Of a DNA stretch of 64,000 nucleotides, positions 18,515 through 26,536 are shown piece by piece. Both the position numbers and the translations under genes were made by a program. Origin of the DNA: an uncultured Gammaproteobacteria bacterium (GTDB lineage: Bacteria; Patescibacteriota; Microgenomatia; UBA8517). Below the pieces are notes generated by a model. The model saw nothing but the letters and a program-made list of their open reading frames with translations, did not search any database and was not told the origin of the DNA. How positions within the stretch are numbered: the first letter of the stretch is position 1; each line of letters begins with the position of its first letter. The DNA is taken from assembly GCA_964583685.1 (NCBI GenBank), contig CAZOVJ010000001.1, positions 68,033 to 132,032 of the forward strand, in the 5' to 3' direction.

Positions 18515-19273
18515 GTGGTGAAAATTATCTCCTGGAATGTGAATGGATTAAGGTCTCTTTCTAAAAAAGGCTTTATTGACTGGTTTGAGAAAGAAAACAT
18601 AGACACCCTATGTTTACAGGAAATTAAGGTTAAAAAAGAACAACTTACTCCTTATTTAGTAAAACCTCCGGGATATTATTCATATTTCAATTCGGCAAAG
18701 AAAAAGGGCTATAGTGGTGTTTTGGTTTATTCTAGAGAAAGACCAATTTCTGTAAAAAAGGAGCTTGGGATAAACAAATTTGACAACGAAGGAAGAATCT
18801 TGGAATTAAAATATAAAACCTTCACTTTAATTAATCTTTATTTACCCCACGGAGGAAGGAAGAAAGAAAATCTAAAATATAAATTAAATGTTTATAAAAA
18901 ACTATTAAACAAAATAAGAAGAAATAAAAAAAGGAAGTTGGTACTGATTGGTGATTTCAATATTGCCCATCTTGCAATTGACCTAGAAAGACCAAAACAA
19001 AATGTTAATAACATTATGTTTACTCCTTTTGAGAGGAGACAAATTGACGATTTAATTAGCCTAGGATTTATAGATACTTTCAGGAAGTTTCACAAAAAAG
19101 GCGGCAATTATACTTGGTGGCCTTATATGAGAAATGCCAGACAAAGGAATTTAGGGTGGAGAATTGATTATTGTTTTATCTCAGATAATTTATCAAAAAG
19201 CCTGACGGATGCATTTATATTACCGAAGGTGATGGGATCTGATCATTGCCCAATTGGAATAAACATAAATTGA
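18515..19273 (+). CDS. xth: exodeoxyribonuclease III (AP endonuclease, Xth family)
   Basis: V(M)KIISWNVNGLRS, LCLQEIK, IGDFNIAH and C-terminal SDHCPI are Xth/APE1 motifs. Likely a GTG start at 18515 rather than the far-upstream ATG at 18434. Confidence 0.85.
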   Translation: MVKIISWNVNGLRSLSKKGFIDWFEKENIDTLCLQEIKVKKEQLTPYLVKPPGYYSYFNSAKKKGYSGVLVYSRERPISVKKELGINKFDNEGRILELKYKTFTLINLYLPHGGRKKENLKYKLNVYKKLLNKIRRNKKRKLVLIGDFNIAHLAIDLERPKQNVNNIMFTPFERRQIDDLISLGFIDTFRKFHKKGGNYTWWPYMRNARQRNLGWRIDYCFISDNLSKSLTDAFILPKVMGSDHCPIGININ

Positions 19274-19345
19274 TTGCAGCAGAGCTAGTGAACTTTGTCA
19301 GGAACTGGTTTCAAGTAGACCACAGAGGATACAATTGTATTTTAC

Positions 19346-19939
19346 TTGAGTGGTATACTCCAAAGTATAGTGAAACTTCCAAAATCTTTTTACCAAAAAC
19401 CAGCAGAAAAGGTTGCTAAGGAATTTCTTGGCAAACATCTTGTTTACAATTCTCCAAAAGGCAAGGTCTCAGGAAAGATAATTGAAGTTGAAGCATATCC
19501 TGCCTTTTCAGATAAAGTTTCTCACGGAAATAAAAGAACAAAAAGAACAGAAGTTCTGTATAAAGAAGGTGGTTATGCTTACATTTATCTCATTTATGGA
19601 ATTCATCATCAATTTGCTGTGGTAGTAAACAAAGAAGATATTCCAGAAGTAGTATTTATAAGGGCAGTTATTCCCGAAGAAGGTACTGATATTATGAAGA
19701 GGAACTTTGGGAGAGTAGTTAAGAATGAGAAAGACTTAGCAAGATCTCCAGGAAACTTGTGTAAATCGTTTGGAATTACCCTTGACCTTTACGGGGAAGA
19801 TATAACAAAAAACAAACTATACCTAGAGGATAGAGGGGAAAAGGTAAACAAAGACAAAATAGTTGCTTCTTCAAGAGTTGGGATAAGTAAGAAATTAAAA
19901 GGGCACGGCAAAAAGTTGAGGCTTTTGTTAAAAAATTAA
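19346..19939 (+). CDS. mpg: DNA-3-methyladenine glycosylase (Mpg/AAG family)
   Basis: IIEVEAYPAFSDKVSHGNKRTKRTEVLYKEGGYAYIYLIYGIHHQFAVV matches the Mpg signature (IvEtEAY.g..D.AsH...g.T.Rn..mf...G.aYvY..YG.H). Confidence 0.85.
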   Translation: MSGILQSIVKLPKSFYQKPAEKVAKEFLGKHLVYNSPKGKVSGKIIEVEAYPAFSDKVSHGNKRTKRTEVLYKEGGYAYIYLIYGIHHQFAVVVNKEDIPEVVFIRAVIPEEGTDIMKRNFGRVVKNEKDLARSPGNLCKSFGITLDLYGEDITKNKLYLEDRGEKVNKDKIVASSRVGISKKLKGHGKKLRLLLKN

Positions 19940-19949
19940 GGCTAAACTG

Positions 19950-20020
19950 CAGGCCTGCCAGGATTCGAACCTGGAAGAGCGGTTTTGGAGACCGCCATGA
20001 TACCATTTCATCACAGGCCT
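19950..20020 (-). tRNA. tRNA-Trp (anticodon CCA)
   Basis: Minus-strand read AGGCCTG-TGATGAAATGGTATCA-TGGCGGTCTCCAAAACCGC-TCTTC-CAGGTTCGAATCCTGG-CAGGCCT-G. 7-bp acceptor stem, anticodon loop CTCCAAA and T-loop GGTTCGAATCC. Coordinates are +/-2. Confidence 0.8.
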
Positions 20021-20076
20021 TTGTGGGTAAGTGTATTATACCTTAAAACCCCGACTAATGACGAGGTTGGGGTGAG

Positions 20077-20250
20077 TTATTTGAGTCTAGTTGTTTCTTT
20101 ATGCTCCGTGTATTTTTTGCAGTGCTTACAATATTTTTTTAGAACCAGTTTTTTCTCCATATTAATTTTGTTCCGAGTAGTCACATAATTTTGACTTTTA
20201 CACTCGGAACAGACCAAGGCAACAATTTCTCTCGCACCCTTTTTAGCCAT
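20077..20250 (-). CDS. rpmG: 50S ribosomal protein L33 (57 aa, zinc-ribbon type); absent from the ORF track because it is under 60 aa
   Basis: Minus-strand ATG at 20250 translates to MAKKGAREIVALVCSECKSQNYVTTRNKINMEKKLVLKKYCKHCKKYTEHKETTRLK*. It has the C-x2-C...C-x2-C pattern and the L33 consensus, and sits between tRNA-Thr and tRNA-Trp as in many bacteria. Confidence 0.8.
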   Translation of the reverse strand: MAKKGAREIVALVCSECKSQNYVTTRNKINMEKKLVLKKYCKHCKKYTEHKETTRLK

Positions 20251-20257
20251 TTTCCGG

Positions 20258-20329
20258 AGCCGACGATGGGGGTTGAACCCATGACCTCTTTCTTACCAAG
20301 AAAGCGCTCTGCCACTGAGCTACATCGGC
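20258..20329 (-). tRNA. tRNA-Thr (anticodon GGT)
   Basis: Minus-strand GCCGATG-TA-GCTC-AGTGGCAGAGC-G-CTTTC-TTGGTAA-GAAAG-AGGTC-ATGGG-TTCAACC-CCCAT-CGTCGGC-T. A canonical cloverleaf. Confidence 0.8.
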
Positions 20330-20376
20330 GCGACAAAATTATATCAAAGTTTGTCTGAATGCGCTAGGATTTAAGT

Positions 20377-21282
20377 ATGAGGATTCGTCCGCCCTCTATT
20401 TTATTACTAGCCTCAGCTGCCTTCTTTCTTATTTTTGCATTATGTTTTAATTCGAGGGTTGTCGATAATGTTCTTCCCCAGCAGTCCTCCAATGGCGAGG
20501 TAGAGGTTATTTTAGGCGGAGATGTAATGTTGGGGAGGACGGTGATGAGTAAAAGCCTGGATTTGAATGACCCCGCTTATCCTTTCCAAAAAGTTGATAG
20601 TGAGCTTAAAAAGGCTGATCTTGTTTTTGTTAATTTGGAGAGTCCAATCATTGAGAACTGCCCACGCACCTATGAGGGTCTTAAATTTTGTGCTGACCCG
20701 AGGATGAAGGAAGGACTGGTTTTGGCTGGAATAGAGGTTGTAAGCCTGGCCAATAATCATTCACGAAATTATGGTGATGAAGGACTTGAGCAGACAAAAA
20801 GGTTTTTAAAGGAAGAGAATATTTTAGCGACCGGATTAGGGGAGTTGGTTGTAAAGGAAGTTCGGGGAACAAAGTTTGGTTTTTTGGGTTTTGATTTTGT
20901 TTCCAAGAGACCAAAGGATGAAGATTTCAAACTGGTAGAAAATTCGGATGTAAAGGTTGATGTTTTAATAATTGGTGTCCATTGGGGAGGAGAGTATAGC
21001 CAGAAGGTAAGTTCAAGCCAGCGGGAATGGGCAGAAAGATTGGTCAATGAGGGTGCTGATGTGGTTGTTGGCCACCACCCCCATTGGTTGCAGGAGATTG
21101 AATATATCAAGGCCAAGCCAGTCTATTATTCTCTGGGTAATTTTGTTTTTGACCAAATGTGGAGCGAAAGGACAAAAAGGGGTTTGCTGATTCGGCTTAC
21201 TTTTAAGAATGGAGAGATTGAGAAAGAAGAAAGATTGCCGATTTATATCTCTTCTTGGGCTCAGCCGGAATTCGTGGAATAA
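20377..21282 (+). CDS. CapA/PGA_cap-family metallophosphatase-like protein (poly-gamma-glutamate capsule-synthesis family)
   Basis: VILGGDVMLGRTV, VFVNLESPI, LANNHSRNYGDEGL, GVHWGGEY, VVVGHHPHWLQ and YSLGNFVFDQ are CapA-family motifs. An N-terminal TM anchor is present. Confidence 0.8.
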   Translation: MRIRPPSILLLASAAFFLIFALCFNSRVVDNVLPQQSSNGEVEVILGGDVMLGRTVMSKSLDLNDPAYPFQKVDSELKKADLVFVNLESPIIENCPRTYEGLKFCADPRMKEGLVLAGIEVVSLANNHSRNYGDEGLEQTKRFLKEENILATGLGELVVKEVRGTKFGFLGFDFVSKRPKDEDFKLVENSDVKVDVLIIGVHWGGEYSQKVSSSQREWAERLVNEGADVVVGHHPHWLQEIEYIKAKPVYYSLGNFVFDQMWSERTKRGLLIRLTFKNGEIEKEERLPIYISSWAQPEFVE

Positions 21283-21306
21283 AGGAAGAAGTAATTACAG
21301 ATTGTG

Positions 21307-21391
21307 TGCTGGGGGTAGGATTCGAACCTACGTAGCCCTTCCGGGCGACGGTTTTACAGACCGTTGCGATTGACCACTCCGCCACCCCAGC
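21307..21391 (-). tRNA. tRNA-Tyr (anticodon GTA), long variable arm
   Basis: Minus-strand GCTGGGG-TG-GCGG-AGTGGTCAATCGC-AACGGT-CTGTAAA-ACCGT-CGCCCGGAAGGGCTAC-GTAGG-TTCGAATC-CTAC-CCCCAGC-A. Confidence 0.8.
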
Positions 21392-21416
21392 TTTTATGAC
21401 ATAAAGCAATCTTATG

Positions 21417-21489
21417 AGCCGGGGATGGGGATCGAACCCATGACCTTCCCGTTACAAGCGGGATGCTCTACCAGCTGAGCTACCCCGGC
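21417..21489 (-). tRNA. tRNA-Thr (anticodon TGT)
   Basis: Minus-strand GCCGGGG-TA-GCTC-AGCTGGTAGAGC-A-TCCCG-CTTGTAA-CGGGA-AGGTC-ATGGG-TTCGATC-CCCAT-CCCCGGC-T. Confidence 0.8.
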
Positions 21490-21738
21490 AAAAAATTTTA
21501 TTAAGCTATTATAGCAAATTTGGAAGCATAATTGAAGCTAATTTTTAACCCCGCCTGAAGGGTTTCGTGGAATTCTTCCCCGAATTTTACTCGAGGTGGG
21601 TGGGCTCAGCCCGAAACCCACGGGTAGCGGGCACTTTGCCCTCCCAGAATGGTTTTTGGTGAGGAAAATATTCCCCGAACCTTTCCCTTCTAGCAGGGTT
21701 AATTATATTTTAACAGACTATGTCAATAGTTTAAATGA

Positions 21739-22386
21739 TTAAATAATTGGGCTTCCGGGAATGAGGATTGAGAGAAGAAAGTTAAGGACGGGTGAGATAA
21801 TCAGAAAAATGGGTGAAGTTCCAGCCCAAATTGGAAGAAGCAAAAAAAGAAGCATAAATATACCGTATTGATTTAAAAATCTGTCAACTTGGTAGGCGTC
21901 TTTGGCTGGGAGAAGACCGATGAGTATTTTTCCACCGTCCAGAGGGTGGATTGGAATTAAATTAAAAATTGCCAAGACAAGATTAAGGAAGATGAATGGA
22001 GGGATGAGGATTGAAAGAAAGGGCAGAGAAAAAAGGGCCAATGAAGAAATTCTGAGGACAAGAGAAAGGAAACCAGCTAAAGCTAGATTTGAAAAAGGTC
22101 CAGCAAGAGATATAAGGGCAGTGTCTCGCCTGGGATTTTGCAAATTGTAGGGGTCAAATTGAACCGGCTTGCCCCAGCCAATTCTTACCAAAAGAAGCAT
22201 TATTGTCCCAATTGGGTCTAGGTGGACCAGGGGGTTTAAGGTTAATCTTCCTTGTAATCTGGGAGTGGGGTCACCGAGTCTGTCAGCTGTCCAAGCATGG
22301 GCATATTCGTGAATGGTAATTGCCACCAAAAGAGCGCAGGCCCAAACAAGGAAAAGAACGGGATTGGTAAAAAGAATATTTAACAT
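21739..22386 (-). CDS. site-2 protease family zinc metalloprotease (peptidase M50)
   Basis: TM helices flank HEYAHAW (HExxH). LNPLVHLDPIG and IHPLDGGK (LDG motif) are M50 signatures. Confidence 0.8.
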   Translation of the reverse strand: MLNILFTNPVLFLVWACALLVAITIHEYAHAWTADRLGDPTPRLQGRLTLNPLVHLDPIGTIMLLLVRIGWGKPVQFDPYNLQNPRRDTALISLAGPFSNLALAGFLSLVLRISSLALFSLPFLSILIPPFIFLNLVLAIFNLIPIHPLDGGKILIGLLPAKDAYQVDRFLNQYGIFMLLFLLLPIWAGTSPIFLIISPVLNFLLSILIPGSPII

Positions 22387-22486
22387 TGTTCTAAATAAGC
22401 TTTCATATTATAATACGAAAGCATTAAATCCGGAATCCTAAGGATTTGTTTAGAATCTAGATATTAGAAATTAGGGTTTTATTTAT

Positions 22487-22747
22487 ATGGCAAATATCTG
22501 CGAAATTTGCGGTAAAAAAACAGTTATCGGTCGAAGCCAAAGGCACAAGCGGGGTGTTGCTGGCCAGCGTTGGAAAAAGCGGGCTCAGGTCACATCCAGA
22601 ACCTTTAAGCCCAATCTACAAAGAGCGACCGTAATTATTAAAGGTAAAGAGAAGCAGATAACCCTTTGTGCAAAATGTTTAAAGCGCTTTAAAAAGGAAG
22701 GGAAAACTAAATCTCAGCAAATTCGAATTCGGGGTAGCCTTGCTTAA
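22487..22747 (+). CDS. rpmB: 50S ribosomal protein L28
   Basis: MANICEICGKKTVIGRSQRHKRGVAGQRWKKRAQVTSRTFKPNLQ is the L28 signature. Confidence 0.85.
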   Translation: MANICEICGKKTVIGRSQRHKRGVAGQRWKKRAQVTSRTFKPNLQRATVIIKGKEKQITLCAKCLKRFKKEGKTKSQQIRIRGSLA

Positions 22748-23735
22748 ACTGCTTCCAGCTGACTGGTCCCTTTCCTTCAAGTTGTACGATATCAGGTACT
22801 AGGCATGGGGTTCTAGGAACTAGGGTTTTTTCAATGTGAGCTTTTAGAATTTTTAGTTTTTTAGTATTTTGCACTTTTAATTTTTCCCGCAAGGCGGCCT
22901 GCCTGCCGGTAAGGCAGGGATCCTGCTCTGCGTGAGCCTTCTGGACTATCTTAGTCCAGCTTATTGGCCAAGGATTCATTGCCCGGATAAAGGATTCGAG
23001 GCACTGGGCATTAGGGATTGGGGAATAGTCTTTAATAAATTCAATGGTCCATTGCTTATTAATAGTTTTTCCCAGCAAGCTTGTTTCTAAATACTTTGGC
23101 GGAATAAAACCGTCCTTTTTCTTAATTCTTTTAGTGAAGCTTGCTAGTTTGTGTTCTTGTTTTCTGGCTGTTATTTTTCCTTTTAGATAGGCTGGAATAA
23201 GGGTGATTAAAACTTCTTTGGATTTTTGAAAAAGTCTTTTTCTCAAGCTAGCGGTTGTGTCAGTTGCTGAAATTTCCTCCTGGAATTGAGAGATTATTGG
23301 GCCATGGTCGACTTTTTCATCGAGTTTAATAATAGATACACCTGTTTTGGTTTCCCCGGTAAGGATGGCTGCTTGGATAGGTGAAGCACCTCTGTATTTG
23401 GGAAGAAGCGAGGGGTGGATATTCAAAATTCCCTGAGGAAAATACTCGATTACTGATTTGGGAATAATTTGACCAAAGGCAGCTAGGATTCCTAAATCAG
23501 CCTTGATATTTTCCCCGATAATGTCTTGAGCCTGATAGAAAACAGGCAGCTTTCGTTTGTAAGCCCAGGTGTCAATAGGAGAATAAGAGAGCATCTTTTT
23601 ACGACCGGCTGGCTTGGGAGATTGGGTAACAATGGCGATGATTGGCGATTGATTGTTTTTTATTTTAAAAGCCTTTTCCAGAGAATTTAAAATAGGCAGA
23701 GTATATTCGGGAGTAGCAAAGAAAATAATTTTCAT
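22707..23735 (-). CDS. fmt: methionyl-tRNA formyltransferase (342 aa, with a ~30-aa insertion near the C-terminal domain)
   Basis: MKIIFFATPEY, NIHPSLLPKYRGASPIQAAIL.GE..TGVSII.LD..VDHGPII are Fmt core motifs. The C-terminal domain is recognisable but interrupted by QKAHAEQDPCLTGRQAALREKLKVQNTKK. Confidence 0.9.
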   Translation of the reverse strand: MKIIFFATPEYTLPILNSLEKAFKIKNNQSPIIAIVTQSPKPAGRKKMLSYSPIDTWAYKRKLPVFYQAQDIIGENIKADLGILAAFGQIIPKSVIEYFPQGILNIHPSLLPKYRGASPIQAAILTGETKTGVSIIKLDEKVDHGPIISQFQEEISATDTTASLRKRLFQKSKEVLITLIPAYLKGKITARKQEHKLASFTKRIKKKDGFIPPKYLETSLLGKTINKQWTIEFIKDYSPIPNAQCLESFIRAMNPWPISWTKIVQKAHAEQDPCLTGRQAALREKLKVQNTKKLKILKAHIEKTLVPRTPCLVPDIVQLEGKGPVSWKQFKQGYPEFEFAEI

Positions 23736-24247
23736 AATAATTGCACTTTTTCCCAGGAATTGGCTGAGACCTCATAAAGAGTAGCCTTTTGTTCCAGTGC
23801 CCGGTCAACAAATAAGATTCCGTTTAAATGATCAAGTTCATGCTGGATGATACGGGCAATAAATCCCTTAAACCACTTGGTGGTAGTTTTTAATTGAGGG
23901 GTTTGATAGCTGAGTTTGATGCTCTCCGCTCGTTTGAGTGGACTGTAATACTTTGGGACTGAAAGACAACCCTCCATAGTTTTCCCGGGTAATATTTGTT
24001 TTTTGCTGACCTTTAAAACCTGAGGGTTGATAATAACCCTTTTTTCTTGATTGTAATCAATGACAAAGATTCTCAGGTTTTTGCCAATTTGAGGGGCGGC
24101 TAAAGCTATACCCGGTGGGTTTTTTTGGGCTTCAAGAGTTTCTTGCATATCCTCAATGAGATTTAAGATTTTTTTATCTATCTTTTGAACTGGCTTGGAT
24201 AGTTGACGAAGAATCGGGTTTTTAACTTTAACAATTTTTCTAATCAT
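23732..24247 (-). CDS. def: peptide deformylase
   Basis: GIALAAPQIG, EGCLSVP and HELDHLNG are the three PDF motifs. Overlaps fmt by 4 nt. Confidence 0.9.
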   Translation of the reverse strand: MIRKIVKVKNPILRQLSKPVQKIDKKILNLIEDMQETLEAQKNPPGIALAAPQIGKNLRIFVIDYNQEKRVIINPQVLKVSKKQILPGKTMEGCLSVPKYYSPLKRAESIKLSYQTPQLKTTTKWFKGFIARIIQHELDHLNGILFVDRALEQKATLYEVSANSWEKVQLL

Positions 24248-24271
24248 GCCTGAATTATACTATAAATAGAC

Positions 24272-26434
24272 TTATAATTTCTGGAGTTGTTGTTTGCACG
24301 GCTCATCCTCAGGAGAGATTTTTTTAAGGATGTATTCGAATTGTTCCTTGGCCTTCTCGTTTTCAGCAAATTCAGAATAAAGGAGACCAAGTTTAAATCT
24401 GGCATTTCTATAGTTCGTTTTCATCTCAATTGTTTTTTTCAGGACCTCCATTGCCTTTTGAGTTTCTCCAAGTTGTTCATATGCCAATCCAAGATGATAG
24501 AAAATCTTGACGTAAGTTGGAGCAAGGGTGCTTGTTTTTTTCAAGACCCGCAAGGCCTCGAGAGTATAATCAGGATTTATTGAACTTAATTTGAGAAAAA
24601 TTTTGGCCCGGCTAAGTTGCAAAATGACATTCCGAGGAGAAAGAGAAACCGCCTTGTTGCTCTCATCAATTGCTTTTTGAAGAAATTGACCTGAGATGGT
24701 TGCTTCATCTTGCTGGGCAAAGACAAGACAGAGGTCTGAAGTGGTTTTGGCTAATTCATCATGATAAATTGGCTCTTTTGGTGAGAGCTTAACGGTCTTG
24801 GTTAATTGACGAAAGGCTTTAGCCAATTCTTTTTGGGCATTCTGGCGTTTTCCTTGAGCATAGAACAGGTCAACATACCAAAATTTAGCAATAGCAAATA
24901 GGGCATAGGACATAGCGCAAAGGACAAAGAGAATTAGGATCTTTTGTTCTCCAGTAATTTTATTTCTTTGTTCTTTGTTCTTTGTTCTTTGTTCTGCGAT
25001 AGTGGCTGCCATGGCCGGATAAAGGAAAAATTGCAAGCCAACAACTACCACAGAAAAGCCGAAAAAGTTGCTGACCAAGATGCTAAAATAGCCACTCAGT
25101 AAGACAATGAGACAATTTCTAATTGGCCTAATTTCTAATTGATCTAATTGGTATTTGGTTTTTTTTGCTTGTTTAGAAATTAGAAATTCGGATTTAGAGA
25201 TTTGTTTTGCAATTATAAACAAAGAAGCCATGATTAAAATGGCATAGGCAAGTAGGCCAACGCTTCCTGTATTGGCCGCTATATTAAGGTATTCATTGTG
25301 GGCCTTGTTGTAGAGAAAATCCCATTCGGAGACAAGGTTGTGTTCCAGGGGTCGGAATTGATAATAAGAGAAGGCAAATGTTTCAACCCCTGTCCCAAAA
25401 ATGGGATAGTTTTTCCAGATGTCCAGGGCTCCTTGCCAGACAATTTTCCTAATATCAGCAGAGGGTGTTATTTGGCTTTCTAAGGTTTGTTTACTTGTTG
25501 TTTTCTGAACTTGTTGAGAAGTTTGCTTATTGAATAGTTTTTTAATTGAAGGAGTCCAGGGGGTTCCAACTGTTGCGGCGATAATTAAAAAGGCAAGATG
25601 CAGAATGAAGAATTTTTTTAGAGTATTTCCCAGGTCCTTTGTTTTACGGATCAATAATAAACCTATTCCCAGCCAGAAGACAAAATCAGCCACCAGGAAG
25701 CCCAGAAACCCGGATTTGGATTTGGTATAGAGAAGTATAAGAAAGAAAAAGGAGGATAAAGCAAAGGAAAAGTGGACAGTGGACAGTGGACAGTGGACAG
25801 TGGTTGGTGAACGGTGTTTTGTACTTAAGATGAGGTACCAGCCAAATGGCATCAGGGCTGTTAGCCAAGTAGCTAGCCAGTTGGGTTGTCCAAGGGTGGC
25901 AAAGACGCGGGTTTGGACATCTTGAACCCAGCAATCGACATTAAACTTCCCGGTTATCAAGAGGCAGCTTGGGCTTCTGCCGAAATGTTCCAGTCCGGCG
26001 TAGAAAGAAACAAGGATGGCTGAGCTGAGAAGCCAGAAAATAGCTTTTTTAGTTTTCTGCCAATCCATATTGGAAACATAAGCCCAGTAAAGCAGGGAAT
26101 AGACAATCAAAGAGAGTAGGCCTCCATGAAAGCGTGAATAATAACCAAAAAAGGAAGTTCGAGAATCAATTGAAAGGATAGTCGAAATAAACTGGGAACA
26201 AAGGAATATTAAAAGGGGAATGTCTAATATTGTGCGACGAAAGATTATTTTCTTTTGGAGAATCATTCTAATAAGCCAAGCAGCAAGGATAAGAACTGTA
26301 AAAATGTAGGTTAGAAGCATCTTATTAAGTTCAAAAACCTCTGAGGTTTTTGAAAAGAAAACCAGAGGAACGAGAAAAAAAAGCAGATTAAATGAAAAAG
26401 GTATTGTTTTATCTAGCAAGGAGCGGACTTTCAT
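24272..26434 (-). CDS. polytopic membrane protein with an O-antigen-ligase/Wzy-like domain and C-terminal TPR repeats
   Basis: About 10 TM helices plus NKAHNEYLNIAANTGSVGLLAY (Wzy_C-like). The C-terminal third has repeated A..Y/L..G..EA TPR-like motifs. It contains two 7-bp tandem repeats. Confidence 0.75.
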   Translation of the reverse strand: MKVRSLLDKTIPFSFNLLFFLVPLVFFSKTSEVFELNKMLLTYIFTVLILAAWLIRMILQKKIIFRRTILDIPLLIFLCSQFISTILSIDSRTSFFGYYSRFHGGLLSLIVYSLLYWAYVSNMDWQKTKKAIFWLLSSAILVSFYAGLEHFGRSPSCLLITGKFNVDCWVQDVQTRVFATLGQPNWLATWLTALMPFGWYLILSTKHRSPTTVHCPLSTVHFSFALSSFFFLILLYTKSKSGFLGFLVADFVFWLGIGLLLIRKTKDLGNTLKKFFILHLAFLIIAATVGTPWTPSIKKLFNKQTSQQVQKTTSKQTLESQITPSADIRKIVWQGALDIWKNYPIFGTGVETFAFSYYQFRPLEHNLVSEWDFLYNKAHNEYLNIAANTGSVGLLAYAILIMASLFIIAKQISKSEFLISKQAKKTKYQLDQLEIRPIRNCLIVLLSGYFSILVSNFFGFSVVVVGLQFFLYPAMAATIAEQRTKNKEQRNKITGEQKILILFVLCAMSYALFAIAKFWYVDLFYAQGKRQNAQKELAKAFRQLTKTVKLSPKEPIYHDELAKTTSDLCLVFAQQDEATISGQFLQKAIDESNKAVSLSPRNVILQLSRAKIFLKLSSINPDYTLEALRVLKKTSTLAPTYVKIFYHLGLAYEQLGETQKAMEVLKKTIEMKTNYRNARFKLGLLYSEFAENEKAKEQFEYILKKISPEDEPCKQQLQKL
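24964..24995. repeat. tandem repeat (ttctttg) x4.5 inside the Wzy/TPR gene
   Basis: Four full perfect 7-bp units at 24964-24991 and a partial fifth. A non-triplet period. Confidence 0.85.
25772..25803. repeat. tandem repeat (gtggaca) x4.5 inside the Wzy/TPR gene
   Basis: Four full perfect 7-bp units and a partial fifth. It encodes the reiterated HCPLSTV heptapeptide, with 21 nt equal to 3 units. Confidence 0.85.
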
Positions 26435-26536
26435 TATATTGCTATTTTAACACCCAGAACTGAAACTTTCGTCGCCAACTTGTCAGAAATAGTTCTTCCC
26501 AGATTTTAATCCTCAAGTTATACTGCCATAGCAAAG

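Noticed and set aside
19985-20188. 67-aa plus-strand ORF overlapping tRNA-Trp and rpmG
   Set aside because: It overlaps a canonical tRNA and the antisense of the L33 gene. Spurious.
24964-25803. Possibility that the short tandem repeats are a CRISPR array
   Set aside because: Units are 7 bp with no spacers and lie inside a coding sequence. There are no cas genes in the window.
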